Source of the DNA: an uncultured Alphaproteobacteria bacterium
GTDB taxonomy: Bacteria; Pseudomonadota; Alphaproteobacteria; Micropepsales; Micropepsaceae
Assembly: GCA_963760345.1 (NCBI GenBank)
Contig: CAVXCU010000003.1
Coordinates: 188,387 to 252,386 of the forward strand
DNA length: 64,000 bases
Direction of reading: 5' to 3'
Shown piece after piece: positions 9,122 through 17,855 of this stretch. Position 1 is the stretch's first letter. Each line of letters opens with the position of its first letter. Position numbers and translations under genes: made by a program. The notes beneath the pieces were generated by a model, which was not told where the DNA came from, ran no database searches, and worked only from the letters and a program-made list of their open reading frames with translations.

Positions 9122-10840
9122 ATGAAGATCTGCATGCTCGTCTACAACAACGCCACGAAGGATAATCGCGTTATGCGGGAGGCGAACAGCCTCCAGATGG
9201 CGGGTCACCAGGTGACAGTGATCGGCGTGCCGGACGCCGACGTCAAGGCGCCCGTCGAACTGCTCAAAAATGGCGTCAAGGTCTATCGCGTGCTGTGGCA
9301 AGCGGGCGCGTACGCGAAATTCCTTCGTTCGGCGGTTTTTCGCATTGTGCCGGCGGCCGTGGTCATTCTGTTGCTGCTTTGGGGGCTCTACAAACTCGTT
9401 AACGTCGCGTTGGCCATGGCATTGCCGGCGTCGGCTGCGACGAGCGGCTTCTTTCGGGCCGCCGCCTCCAGGATGACCTTCAGCGGCATGATTTTGCTGT
9501 TGCTCAAATTGGCGATCGTGGCCCTTGTGGTCTTCGCAATCGTGCGGCTGGCGATGGCCTTTCTCACGGTCGTGGGAGTGCAGAGCAAGTTCAAAGCGGG
9601 CGAAGAAGACTTGATGCTCCGTTACGCCGAGGCGCTGTTCAACGGCGAGGCGCTCGATCCGGCGGAATTTCCCCGGCCGGAATCGCGTGTGCCCAGTTGG
9701 GTCCCCGATGTCCTGCTGGAACTTTTGCTGGAGCCCATGGAATGGTTCGGGGGCACCTCCGGCCGTTTCGTTCTCTACCGCTACAGGTCGGAAGAAATGG
9801 CGGCGCTGGCGATCAGGCTGAAGCCGGACGTCATACACGCGCATGATTGTCTCGCGCTGCCGACCGGTTTGCTGGTGAAGCAGGCGCTCGGCATTCCGCT
9901 CGTCTACGACGCCCACGAAATTTACGAGGCCACCGTGTCGCGCCGCGTCGGCATCGCGGACTACTACATGCGCGTACACAAGAAGATGCTGCCCTCCGTC
10001 GATCGCTTCATCACGATCAATCACAGCGCGGCCACGTTCTATCGTTTCGCTTATCCGTCGGTGGCTACGCCGATCATTCTTCGCAACGCGACGACATACA
10101 CGGAGCCGTTCGAATATGACGGGCGCCTGCACGATAAGGCCGGTCTGCCGCGAAGACAGAAAATTCTTCTTTATCAGGGCGGCTACACGCTGGATCGTGG
10201 CCTTCTCACGCTCGTTCGGGCGGCCAGCTATTTTCCCGAAGGCTGGACGCTGGTGATGATGGGCTGGGGTCCGCTAGCCGGGGATTTGAAGCAGGCCGCC
10301 GCTCATGGCGAAAGACGGCTGCCGTCATTCGGCAGGAAGCGGCGAGAGTTCCTGTCGACCGGCAGTCTGGCGCCGCCGCGATCGCCGAAAGTCGTCTTCG
10401 TTCCTGGCGTGAAACACAATGAACTGCCGCAATGGACGGCGGGCGCCACGGCGGGAATTGTTCCCTACGAAAACAAGGTGCTGAATTATTGGTTCTGCTC
10501 GCCCAACAAGCTCTGGGAATTTCCGAACTCGGGCGTACCGCTGATCGTGCAACCGTTTCCGGAACTTCGAAAAGTCGTGGAAACCTATGAGTGCGGCTGG
10601 GTTATGCCCAACGACCTTACGCCGGGCACCATTGCCGATACGGTTGCTTCGTTGACGGATGAATTGATCGCGGCGGCCCGCGAAGGCTGCCGCAAATTCA
10701 TTGCCGCGGACCGCTGGGAGGTCGCTTACGAGCAGAAGTTGATCGATCTTTACAAGTCACTGGAAGACGGAGGCAACGTGACGGCTCTGCGGCCTGCCGG
10801 CAGGTCGAAAGCCGTGGCGGGAGCAAGTCATGCATCGTGA
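9122..10840 (+). CDS. Glycosyltransferase family 4 with internal transmembrane insertion
   Basis: DNRVMREA, HAHD, YDAHE, YQGG..RGL, SPNKLWE; two hydrophobic helices in the N-domain. Confidence 0.85.
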   Translation: MKICMLVYNNATKDNRVMREANSLQMAGHQVTVIGVPDADVKAPVELLKNGVKVYRVLWQAGAYAKFLRSAVFRIVPAAVVILLLLWGLYKLVNVALAMALPASAATSGFFRAAASRMTFSGMILLLLKLAIVALVVFAIVRLAMAFLTVVGVQSKFKAGEEDLMLRYAEALFNGEALDPAEFPRPESRVPSWVPDVLLELLLEPMEWFGGTSGRFVLYRYRSEEMAALAIRLKPDVIHAHDCLALPTGLLVKQALGIPLVYDAHEIYEATVSRRVGIADYYMRVHKKMLPSVDRFITINHSAATFYRFAYPSVATPIILRNATTYTEPFEYDGRLHDKAGLPRRQKILLYQGGYTLDRGLLTLVRAASYFPEGWTLVMMGWGPLAGDLKQAAAHGERRLPSFGRKRREFLSTGSLAPPRSPKVVFVPGVKHNELPQWTAGATAGIVPYENKVLNYWFCSPNKLWEFPNSGVPLIVQPFPELRKVVETYECGWVMPNDLTPGTIADTVASLTDELIAAAREGCRKFIAADRWEVAYEQKLIDLYKSLEDGGNVTALRPAGRSKAVAGASHAS

Positions 10841-10870
10841 TAAAGATTCCGGTTGTGACGGAGCCAGGAC

Positions 10871-12025
10871 ATGATTGAGAAGGTCAATCTTATTTCACTG
10901 CTGTGGGTTGTGCTCGCTGCCGGATTTGCCGCCGCAATATTGCTCGCGTTCGCCTTTCTCTACAGGCTCTGGGCAGGCCCCGCTCTGGCGCGATATCGCG
11001 ATAAATTGCGGCGGACGCAGATTGCGGAAACGAAGGAATTGCTCACCGAACTTTTCGATGCCTTGTGGAACGAAAACATCAGCAAGCGCCTTGCCATGCT
11101 TGTGGTGCTCCAGCGTATCGCCCGAAACGCTTCAGAGGCTCATGGATTCGCCGACATACTGATCGTGTTTGTACGGCATCGCCTGGCGTCGTCGGGCGGA
11201 GAACGCAAGCCCGGCACGATCTTTGAGGATGTCCGGCTCGCCCTCACCATTCTTGCATCGGGGCCGGTTCGGGCCGCCCAGCGAGCCGACGGTCAGGCGG
11301 TCGATTTGAGCGGCGTCGACTTTCGCGGGCTTTCGCTTCGCGGTGTCGATTTGAATGGCGTGGCGCTGGAGAACTGCCAATTCGACGGCTGCGATCTCGA
11401 ACGCGCAAACCTGAAGGAAGCCAATCTCGCAGGCGCGTCCCTCCGCGGGTGCCGGCTGTTGGGAGCAATCTTGGCTCATTCCAATCTCACAGGCGCAAAT
11501 CTCGACGCGGCCGACCTCACGAAAGCCGATCTGCGCAAGGCCACGTTGACGGAGGCGCAATTGTCGGCAGCCGATTTATCGGGCGCCAATCTTGAAGGGG
11601 CCGTTTGTCCCGCAGCGCATCTTGAAGACACGGATCTCAACCATGCCAATGTCTCTCACGTCAATCTTACGGAAGCGGATCTTTCCAACGCCGATTTGAG
11701 CGACAGCAATCTTTCCCGCTCGACGTTGATTTGGGCGAAGCTGCCCCGCGCGAACCTCCGAAACGCGATTATGACGGGCGCCGACTGCGCCAGCGCGGAC
11801 TTGTTCGGCGCCAATCTGACGGGCGCGACCGTTCGGCAGGTCAATTTCAACGACACGGATCTGGGGAGCGCGATGCTCCTCGGCGCGAAGGGGTTGAACC
11901 AGCGGCAGCTTGACGATGCGGCCTGCGACGCAAATACGTCCGCAGCCGAGCGGTTCAAGATCGTGGTGACGCAATCGCGGCGGAGCGGGCAGGATCGTCA
12001 AACCGCAACCAAGGCCGCCGAATAG
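10871..12025 (+). CDS. Membrane-anchored pentapeptide-repeat protein
   Basis: RBS CAGGA; N-terminal TM helix; long A(D/N)Lxx repeat run. Confidence 0.85.
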   Translation: MIEKVNLISLLWVVLAAGFAAAILLAFAFLYRLWAGPALARYRDKLRRTQIAETKELLTELFDALWNENISKRLAMLVVLQRIARNASEAHGFADILIVFVRHRLASSGGERKPGTIFEDVRLALTILASGPVRAAQRADGQAVDLSGVDFRGLSLRGVDLNGVALENCQFDGCDLERANLKEANLAGASLRGCRLLGAILAHSNLTGANLDAADLTKADLRKATLTEAQLSAADLSGANLEGAVCPAAHLEDTDLNHANVSHVNLTEADLSNADLSDSNLSRSTLIWAKLPRANLRNAIMTGADCASADLFGANLTGATVRQVNFNDTDLGSAMLLGAKGLNQRQLDDAACDANTSAAERFKIVVTQSRRSGQDRQTATKAAE

Positions 12026-12027
12026 TC

Positions 12028-12594
12028 ATGAGCCAGACCAGCTATTACGCACATCCCACCGCCGTCATCGACCCCAACGTCACGATCGGCGCCGGCAGCA
12101 AGATTTGGCATTTTTCCCATGTCCTCGGCGGCAGCGTGATCGGCGAGCGCTGCGTACTCGGACAAAACGTCGTGGCAGGGCCCGATGTCCGCATCGGAAA
12201 CGGCTGCAAGATTTAGAACAACGTCTCGGTCTACAAGGGTGTGACGCTGGAGGACGATGTCTTTTGCGGACCGAGCATGGTGTTTACCAACGTGCTCAAC
12301 CCGCGCGCCTTCATCGAGCGCAAGGACGAATTCCGTCCGACTCTGGTCAGGCGCGGCGCGACGATCGGGGCCAATGCCACGATCATTTGCGGCAACACGA
12401 TCGGCGAATACGCGATGGTGGGAGCGGGCGCCGTGGTGACCAAGGACATCGCGCCCTTCGCGCTGGTGGTCGGGGCGCCGACGCGGTTTCTGGGCTGGAT
12501 CAGCCGCAGCGGCGACCGGCTCGGCAGCGACCTAGTCTGCCCCCGTACGGGAGAACGCTATATCTTGGAAAACGGGCGGCTGCGGCTCGCCTGA
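12028..12594 (+). CDS. Hexapeptide N-acetyltransferase (WbpD/WlbB-like) with in-frame TAG at 12214-12216
   Basis: IWHFSHV, GQNV, KI*NNVSVY (Gln expected at the stop), [15 protein letters not shown] continue in one frame. Confidence 0.85.
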
Positions 12595-12690
12595 CCGCCG
12601 CCGCGGGGCCAATTCTTAACCCAATGTTCGTTACCGAACCGTCGCGGAACCCTCAATTGCGTCTCGGAATCGAACCAAGTTAGCAATTCC

Positions 12691-12703
12691 AATCAATTGC
12701 TTA
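12691..12703 (+). promoter_or_regulatory. IHF consensus site upstream of nucleotide-sugar dehydrogenase
   Basis: AATCAATTGCTTA matches WATCAANNNNTTR in an AT-rich intergenic stretch. Confidence 0.4.
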
Positions 12704-12894
12704 TGGCAATACCGCCCTCGATGTGCTTAAAACGTGGTGGGGGTGGCTATGTCGCCTTTCCATAAAAGTCGCGCGCATGGCATCCGCCGCCGCGCTCCAG
12801 AGAGAGCACGTGGCAATTGGGATAGTCCGGCGAGCGTCGTGAGCGAAAGGCTCGCTTTTTGCAGCGTGGCCAAGAACGAATAGTGGGGTTTGGC

Positions 12895-14268
12895 ATGGCA
12901 CTGGACTATACCGCCGCTCGCAAGCAGGCCGATGCGATAGACGTGGCACAACTGGTGTCCCGGATCGAGACACGCCAGGCCCTTATTGGCGTTGTGGGGA
13001 TGGGGTATGTGGGCCAGCCGCTGGCCATCACTGCTCACAAAAAAGGGTTCAGGGTCCTCGGATTCGATATCGACCCCGAAAAGGTCGCTGCGCTCAACGA
13101 AGGCCGCTCGACCATCCGCACGATATGCGACGACAAAATCGCGGGCATGCGCCATGACGGCCGCTTCCGCGCGACGAGCAATCTGGCCGAACTCTCGCAG
13201 CCCGACGTGGTCGTGATCTGCGTGCCGACGCCGCTGAACAAATATCGCGAGCCGGACCTTTCGTTCGTGAGGGGTACCGCCGAGGACGTGGGCCGTGCCC
13301 TGCGCCCCGGCCAGCTTGTGTGTCTCGAATCGACGACCTATCCCGGAACGACGACGGAAGTTTTGAAACCCATCCTGGAATCGGGCGATCTCCGCGTCGG
13401 CCGCGACGTCTTTCTCGCGTTTTCGCCGGAGCGCGAAGACCCCGGCAATCCCGATTACCACACATCGAATATTCCGAAGATTGTGGGCGCCGACGACGAG
13501 CCCAGCCGGAAGCTTGTCGAGGCGTTCTACAGCGCGCTGGTCGACAAGGTCATCCCGGTCGTATCGACCGCCACCGCGGAAGCCGTGAAGCTCACGGAGA
13601 ACATCTTCCGTTGCGTCAACATCGCGCTCGTCAACGAGTTGAAGCACATCTACAGCCACATGGGGATCAACGTCTGGGACGTGGTCGACGCGGCCGCGAC
13701 CAAGCCGTTCGGCTACATGCCGTTCTACCCAGGACCCGGGCTTGGCGGGCACTGTATTCCGATCGACCCCTTCTACCTGACCTGGAAAGCCCGTGAACAT
13801 GAAGTGCCGACGCGCTTCATCGAACTCGCCGGCGAAATCAACACCGCAGAGCCGCGCGAAGTCGTCAATGCGCTCGGGGCGGCGTTGTCCGCGCGCAAGC
13901 GTATAAGCCTCAACGGCGCGCGAATTCTGTTGATGGGCCTCGCCTACAAAAAGAACGTCGACGATCTCAGGGAAAGCCCGGCGCTTGCAATCATGCGTAT
14001 TCTCAGCGGGCGCGGCGCGAAGGTCGATTTCTACGATCCGTGGATCCCGGAGATTCCCGAGACTCGCGAACACCCGGAACTGACCGGGCTGAAGAGCGCC
14101 GTGTGGGAGCCAGATCGCTTCCGGGACAAATACGAGGCGGCGCTGATCGTCACCGATCACGACAATGTCGACTACGACCGCCTTGTGGTGTCGCTCGATC
14201 TCGTCGTGGACACGCGCAACGCGACCCGCAGGGTAAAGTTCGGCCGCGACCGAATTGTGATGGCGTGA
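12895..14268 (+). CDS. UDP-N-acetylhexosamine 6-dehydrogenase (WbpA/WecC family)
   Basis: GMGYVG, ICVPTP, ESTTYPG, FSPEREDPG, GGHCIPIDP, AYKKNVDD.RESP. Confidence 0.92.
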   Translation: MALDYTAARKQADAIDVAQLVSRIETRQALIGVVGMGYVGQPLAITAHKKGFRVLGFDIDPEKVAALNEGRSTIRTICDDKIAGMRHDGRFRATSNLAELSQPDVVVICVPTPLNKYREPDLSFVRGTAEDVGRALRPGQLVCLESTTYPGTTTEVLKPILESGDLRVGRDVFLAFSPEREDPGNPDYHTSNIPKIVGADDEPSRKLVEAFYSALVDKVIPVVSTATAEAVKLTENIFRCVNIALVNELKHIYSHMGINVWDVVDAAATKPFGYMPFYPGPGLGGHCIPIDPFYLTWKAREHEVPTRFIELAGEINTAEPREVVNALGAALSARKRISLNGARILLMGLAYKKNVDDLRESPALAIMRILSGRGAKVDFYDPWIPEIPETREHPELTGLKSAVWEPDRFRDKYEAALIVTDHDNVDYDRLVVSLDLVVDTRNATRRVKFGRDRIVMA

Positions 14269-14430
14269 GGCAGCCAGGCGCCCATGCTCCGGCAAACGGC
14301 AAGCCGTTTTGAAAGCTCGCCGAGGCCGACCGGTGCGTCGCCGTTGACGGCGCGCGAAGGGCACGGTACGGGGTCTTGCAGATCCGCGGCGGGAACTTCC
14401 CCAGCATAGCGGTGTGCCGAGAGGCTGCGG

Positions 14431-15198
14431 ATGTTCCGGTCGCTCAAGACACAAATCGACGTCATCGTCGCTTTGACCATCAGAGATATGCAGGCGGCGA
14501 ACGCACGGGTCGAATTGGGCCTGGCCTGGGCCCTGGTCGAAGTTCTCCTCTATGTCGCGATCATCAGCCTCGTGCGCGTCTTCATCAAGGCGTTCATGCC
14601 GCCCAACATGCCGCCATTCACCTTCCTCATGCTGGGAATTCTGCCGTGGCAAACTTTCAGCCACACGGCCCGAAGCGTCGAAACGATTGTCTCAAAAAAC
14701 AGGGGCTTATTGATTCTCCCCATCGTAAAACCGCTCGATCTGGTGTTCGCGAAGGCGATAGAGACCTTTTGCATTTATGGCATCATGTTCCTGTTGCTCG
14801 TCACCCTGAGCGCCTATCTGGAGGGTGCAGGGCTGCCGCGATTCCCGCTCGGCATCGTGCTTTGCTATCTGGCGGCATGGCTTATGGGAATGTTGTTCGG
14901 AATGATTCTGTTGCCGACCCAACGCGTGTTCCCGCCCTCGAGATGGCTTCTTTCGCCGCTGATGCGCATAGGTTTTTGGACGTCCGGCCTCTATTTCGTG
15001 ATCGCCAGCCTTCCGCAATCGATCTGGCCTTATTTGGACTGGAATCCCATGCTGCACGTCAACGAGCTGATGCGCACATATTGGTTCGCGACCTACACGT
15101 CGCCCATCGGCAGTCCCGCCTACATCATCGAATGTCTGGCGGGAATGGCGCTCTTTGGCCTGTCGCTCGAACGGTTCATTCGGCGCATCGCAATATGA
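14431..15198 (+). CDS. kpsM: ABC-2 capsule export permease (KpsM-like)
   Basis: LGLAWALVE, multiple TM helices, SGLYF, WNPMLHVNELMR. Confidence 0.85.
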   Translation: MFRSLKTQIDVIVALTIRDMQAANARVELGLAWALVEVLLYVAIISLVRVFIKAFMPPNMPPFTFLMLGILPWQTFSHTARSVETIVSKNRGLLILPIVKPLDLVFAKAIETFCIYGIMFLLLVTLSAYLEGAGLPRFPLGIVLCYLAAWLMGMLFGMILLPTQRVFPPSRWLLSPLMRIGFWTSGLYFVIASLPQSIWPYLDWNPMLHVNELMRTYWFATYTSPIGSPAYIIECLAGMALFGLSLERFIRRIAI

Positions 15199-15920
15199 CC
15201 ATCGAGCTTAGCGGCGTCACCAAAGTGATGCGGCACGGCCGCAGCCGGCATGTACTCTTCAAGAATTTGGATATCCGCGTCGAACCGGGCGAGAAGGTGG
15301 CCGTGCTCGCGGTCAAGGGCTCGGGGAAGAGCACATTGCTGAAAATGATGTGCGGCGCGGAACCCGCCGATGCCGGGAGCGTCACGCGGACATCGAGTGT
15401 TTCGTGGCCTATACCCACGGCAACCTATCTGGCGCAGTTGTCATCCGTCATAACCAATATTCGTTTCATCGCGCGACTTTACGGCGTGGATCAGGAGCAA
15501 TTTATCGCCGAAGTCGCAGACATGGCGAAGGTTCGCGGCTTCCTCAATGAAAAGCTGGGGCGCTGCCCCCGCTTTGTCCGTCCGCAGCTCGGGTTTGCAT
15601 TGGGGCTCTGGTTTGACTTCGACATCTACCTCTTCGACGATAGGGTCATCACGGGGGGGAAATCCTATCTGAAGACCGCGAGCCAGATTTTCGAATCGCG
15701 AACAAAGGGTCGCGGCTTGCTCGTTGCAACCAGCGTCCCGAAGGTTGCACAGGACCATTGCGACACGGCCTATGTGGTGGAACACGGTCATTCGGTCTAC
15801 TATTCGGACATGGACGAGGCTATCAAACACTTCAAGTCGCTCGAGAAGCTCAGCGCGCCCGAAGAGGCCGAGGAAGAAGACGAGGAAGATGAGGAAATCG
15901 GAAGCGAATTTGACATCTAG
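15195..15920 (+). CDS. kpsT: KpsT-like ABC ATPase subunit with degenerate catalytic motifs
   Basis: ATGA overlap with kpsM; GSGKSTL, VSWP, NIRFIARLYG, FDFDIYL; signature, Walker B Glu and H-loop altered. Confidence 0.8.
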   Translation: MTIELSGVTKVMRHGRSRHVLFKNLDIRVEPGEKVAVLAVKGSGKSTLLKMMCGAEPADAGSVTRTSSVSWPIPTATYLAQLSSVITNIRFIARLYGVDQEQFIAEVADMAKVRGFLNEKLGRCPRFVRPQLGFALGLWFDFDIYLFDDRVITGGKSYLKTASQIFESRTKGRGLLVATSVPKVAQDHCDTAYVVEHGHSVYYSDMDEAIKHFKSLEKLSAPEEAEEEDEEDEEIGSEFDI

Positions 15921-15995
15921 GCCGAATTGTGCTAGTAGCGGCTCGGCCGTCGCCCCGGAATCTCAGCCGGAATTGCCGATTTGGGAGTCCAATTA

Positions 15996-16955
15996 GTGCC
16001 GTCACCTCTGTCGAACACTGTAAGCTCGGCGCCCGCTCAGCAAGTCGAAGCGGGCAAAACCGCCGTGTCCAAGGGGGTTCAAGCCGGCTTCCGGCCCGCC
16101 GGCGCCGCCGAGGATGTAGCCTCGCGATGGCGCGGCTTTTCGGATTTGCTCTGGCGCGGTCTCCACTTCTGGAACGTCGTGCCGCTTATCGGCATCGTGG
16201 GATTCGTCTACCTCTTTTTCTTTGCCGATTCCCTGTACGACTCCCAATCGATCGTCACCCTGCAGAACGCCTCGAACGTCTCTTCCAGTCTGGGTTCGCT
16301 CATGGGCTCGAGCATGCTGGGCTCCAGCGGCGGTCTGCCTCAGGATGGCGCGCTGATCGCGTATGTGCAGTCCAACGACATGCTGCAATTGCTGGATAAG
16401 AAGTTTCATCTGCGCCAGATTTATTCGGCGCCCGGGAGAAACCCTTTCTGGCGTCTCGCAAGCGATGCCAGCAGCGCCGATTTCCTGACGTTCTATCAAG
16501 GCATGGTGACCATCACCGAGGATCAGACCACGGGCCTGTTGACGATCGATGTGCTCGACTACGATACGAACCGGGCCCATACGATGCAGAAAGTCATTTT
16601 GGCGGCGTCGGAGAAATTCATCAACGACATGTCCGAAGAAATGCGCGCGGCGACGCTGAAGGACGCGCAGACGCAGCTCGCGCTCGCAATGAAGGCGGTC
16701 GAAACCGCTCAGCCCTACGAGCAGGCTGTCGCCGAGGCCGAACTTACGGCCGCGGAGCAGGGCATGGCCGCGGCGGACGGAATCGCCACGGAGCAGCAGG
16801 TATTTCTTGTTCCGGTTTCGACTCCGACGACGCCCACGGACACGACCTATCCCGACTGGATGGTCGACGAAGCCGCCGTGCTGCTGGCGGCAACTGTCTT
16901 CTATATGGTTGCTTATCTGCTGCTGGCGAACGTTCGGGACCATCGCCGCGTTTAG
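15996..16955 (+). CDS. kpsE: KpsE-like polysaccharide co-polymerase/adaptor (short form)
   Basis: RBS GGGAG; TM, YVQS.DML..LD, ASEKFIN, P..P motif before C-terminal TM. Confidence 0.78.
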   Translation: MPSPLSNTVSSAPAQQVEAGKTAVSKGVQAGFRPAGAAEDVASRWRGFSDLLWRGLHFWNVVPLIGIVGFVYLFFFADSLYDSQSIVTLQNASNVSSSLGSLMGSSMLGSSGGLPQDGALIAYVQSNDMLQLLDKKFHLRQIYSAPGRNPFWRLASDASSADFLTFYQGMVTITEDQTTGLLTIDVLDYDTNRAHTMQKVILAASEKFINDMSEEMRAATLKDAQTQLALAMKAVETAQPYEQAVAEAELTAAEQGMAAADGIATEQQVFLVPVSTPTTPTDTTYPDWMVDEAAVLLAATVFYMVAYLLLANVRDHRRV

Positions 16956-17011
16956 CGGGCTGCGGAGAGATTTTTCCGGTTTGGATGAAGTTTGGCCGAT
17001 AGACCAGCCTG

Positions 17012-17797
17012 TCAGGCCGGGTGGCGCTCGTGCGTCCGGCTGCCGGTTGCAAGCATGCTTTCGTATAGCTGCAGATCGTTTTTGTTCTCTTCGAGAACCG
17101 CGTTTCTGAAGCCATCCGAAATCAACTGGTCGTATCGCGTCTCGTCGGCGGTGCGCTGCTTCAATTCGACGCCGTCCCAGTGAAAGATGCCGGCAAGCGC
17201 GTCCACGAAGGCGACCATGTTCCTGGCGAACCCGATCGCCAGATAGTGCGTGTGAATGGCCTCGAGCGCTGCCGACGCATCCGGGCTGCCGCCGATCCTT
17301 CGACACTGCGTTTCCCGGAAATAATGGGGGGTTTTCTGGGACGCTTCGCGGTAGAACTCTTCCAACGACAAACTGTTGGCAAGCTCACGCAGTGCGTGGC
17401 CCTCTTTCGAGCGGATGTAGAAGTAAAGCGAAACGATGCGATAAAGAGGATGGCGCAAGAGGCTGATGTAAAGGCACGGGCGGCCCAGATCGCGAGGTTT
17501 GAAGGTCGCGATGCCGGCATACGCCTTCATCCCTTCCAGGTCGGCCGGTGTGAGATCCGGCCAAAGTTTCCCGTTATGATCGCGGGTCATGAATATGCGC
17601 TCGCGGCCCAGCGCTTTGGCCAGCACCCTGCGCTGCAACGCCGACCCGCCCGTACGCTGCACGTGGAGGAACACGATCAGCGCGTTCGCGTCGTTCGCGA
17701 GGCCGACAATGCGGTCGTTGATGAAAGGGACCGCCTCGGACTGCGCGGCGTCCCCAGCTGTGCCGGCTCCAATGTCAGGCGTCCCGTCTTTGGCCAT
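17012..17797 (-). CDS. Sulfotransferase family 2 protein
   Basis: 5'-PSB-like FLHVQRTGGS, 3'-PB-like LRHP..RIVSLY, N..D.QLY. Confidence 0.82.
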   Translation of the reverse strand: MAKDGTPDIGAGTAGDAAQSEAVPFINDRIVGLANDANALIVFLHVQRTGGSALQRRVLAKALGRERIFMTRDHNGKLWPDLTPADLEGMKAYAGIATFKPRDLGRPCLYISLLRHPLYRIVSLYFYIRSKEGHALRELANSLSLEEFYREASQKTPHYFRETQCRRIGGSPDASAALEAIHTHYLAIGFARNMVAFVDALAGIFHWDGVELKQRTADETRYDQLISDGFRNAVLEENKNDLQLYESMLATGSRTHERHPA

Positions 17798-17855
17798 TGT
17801 TGTCGTCGCACGTTCCTTTGTTGACCCGGCGATATTCTTGCGAGTCGATGCTGGT

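Noticed and set aside
11300-11900. CRISPR-like or DNA tandem array
   Set aside because: Periodicity comes from pentapeptide coding repeats; no identical repeats with unique spacers were seen anywhere in the window
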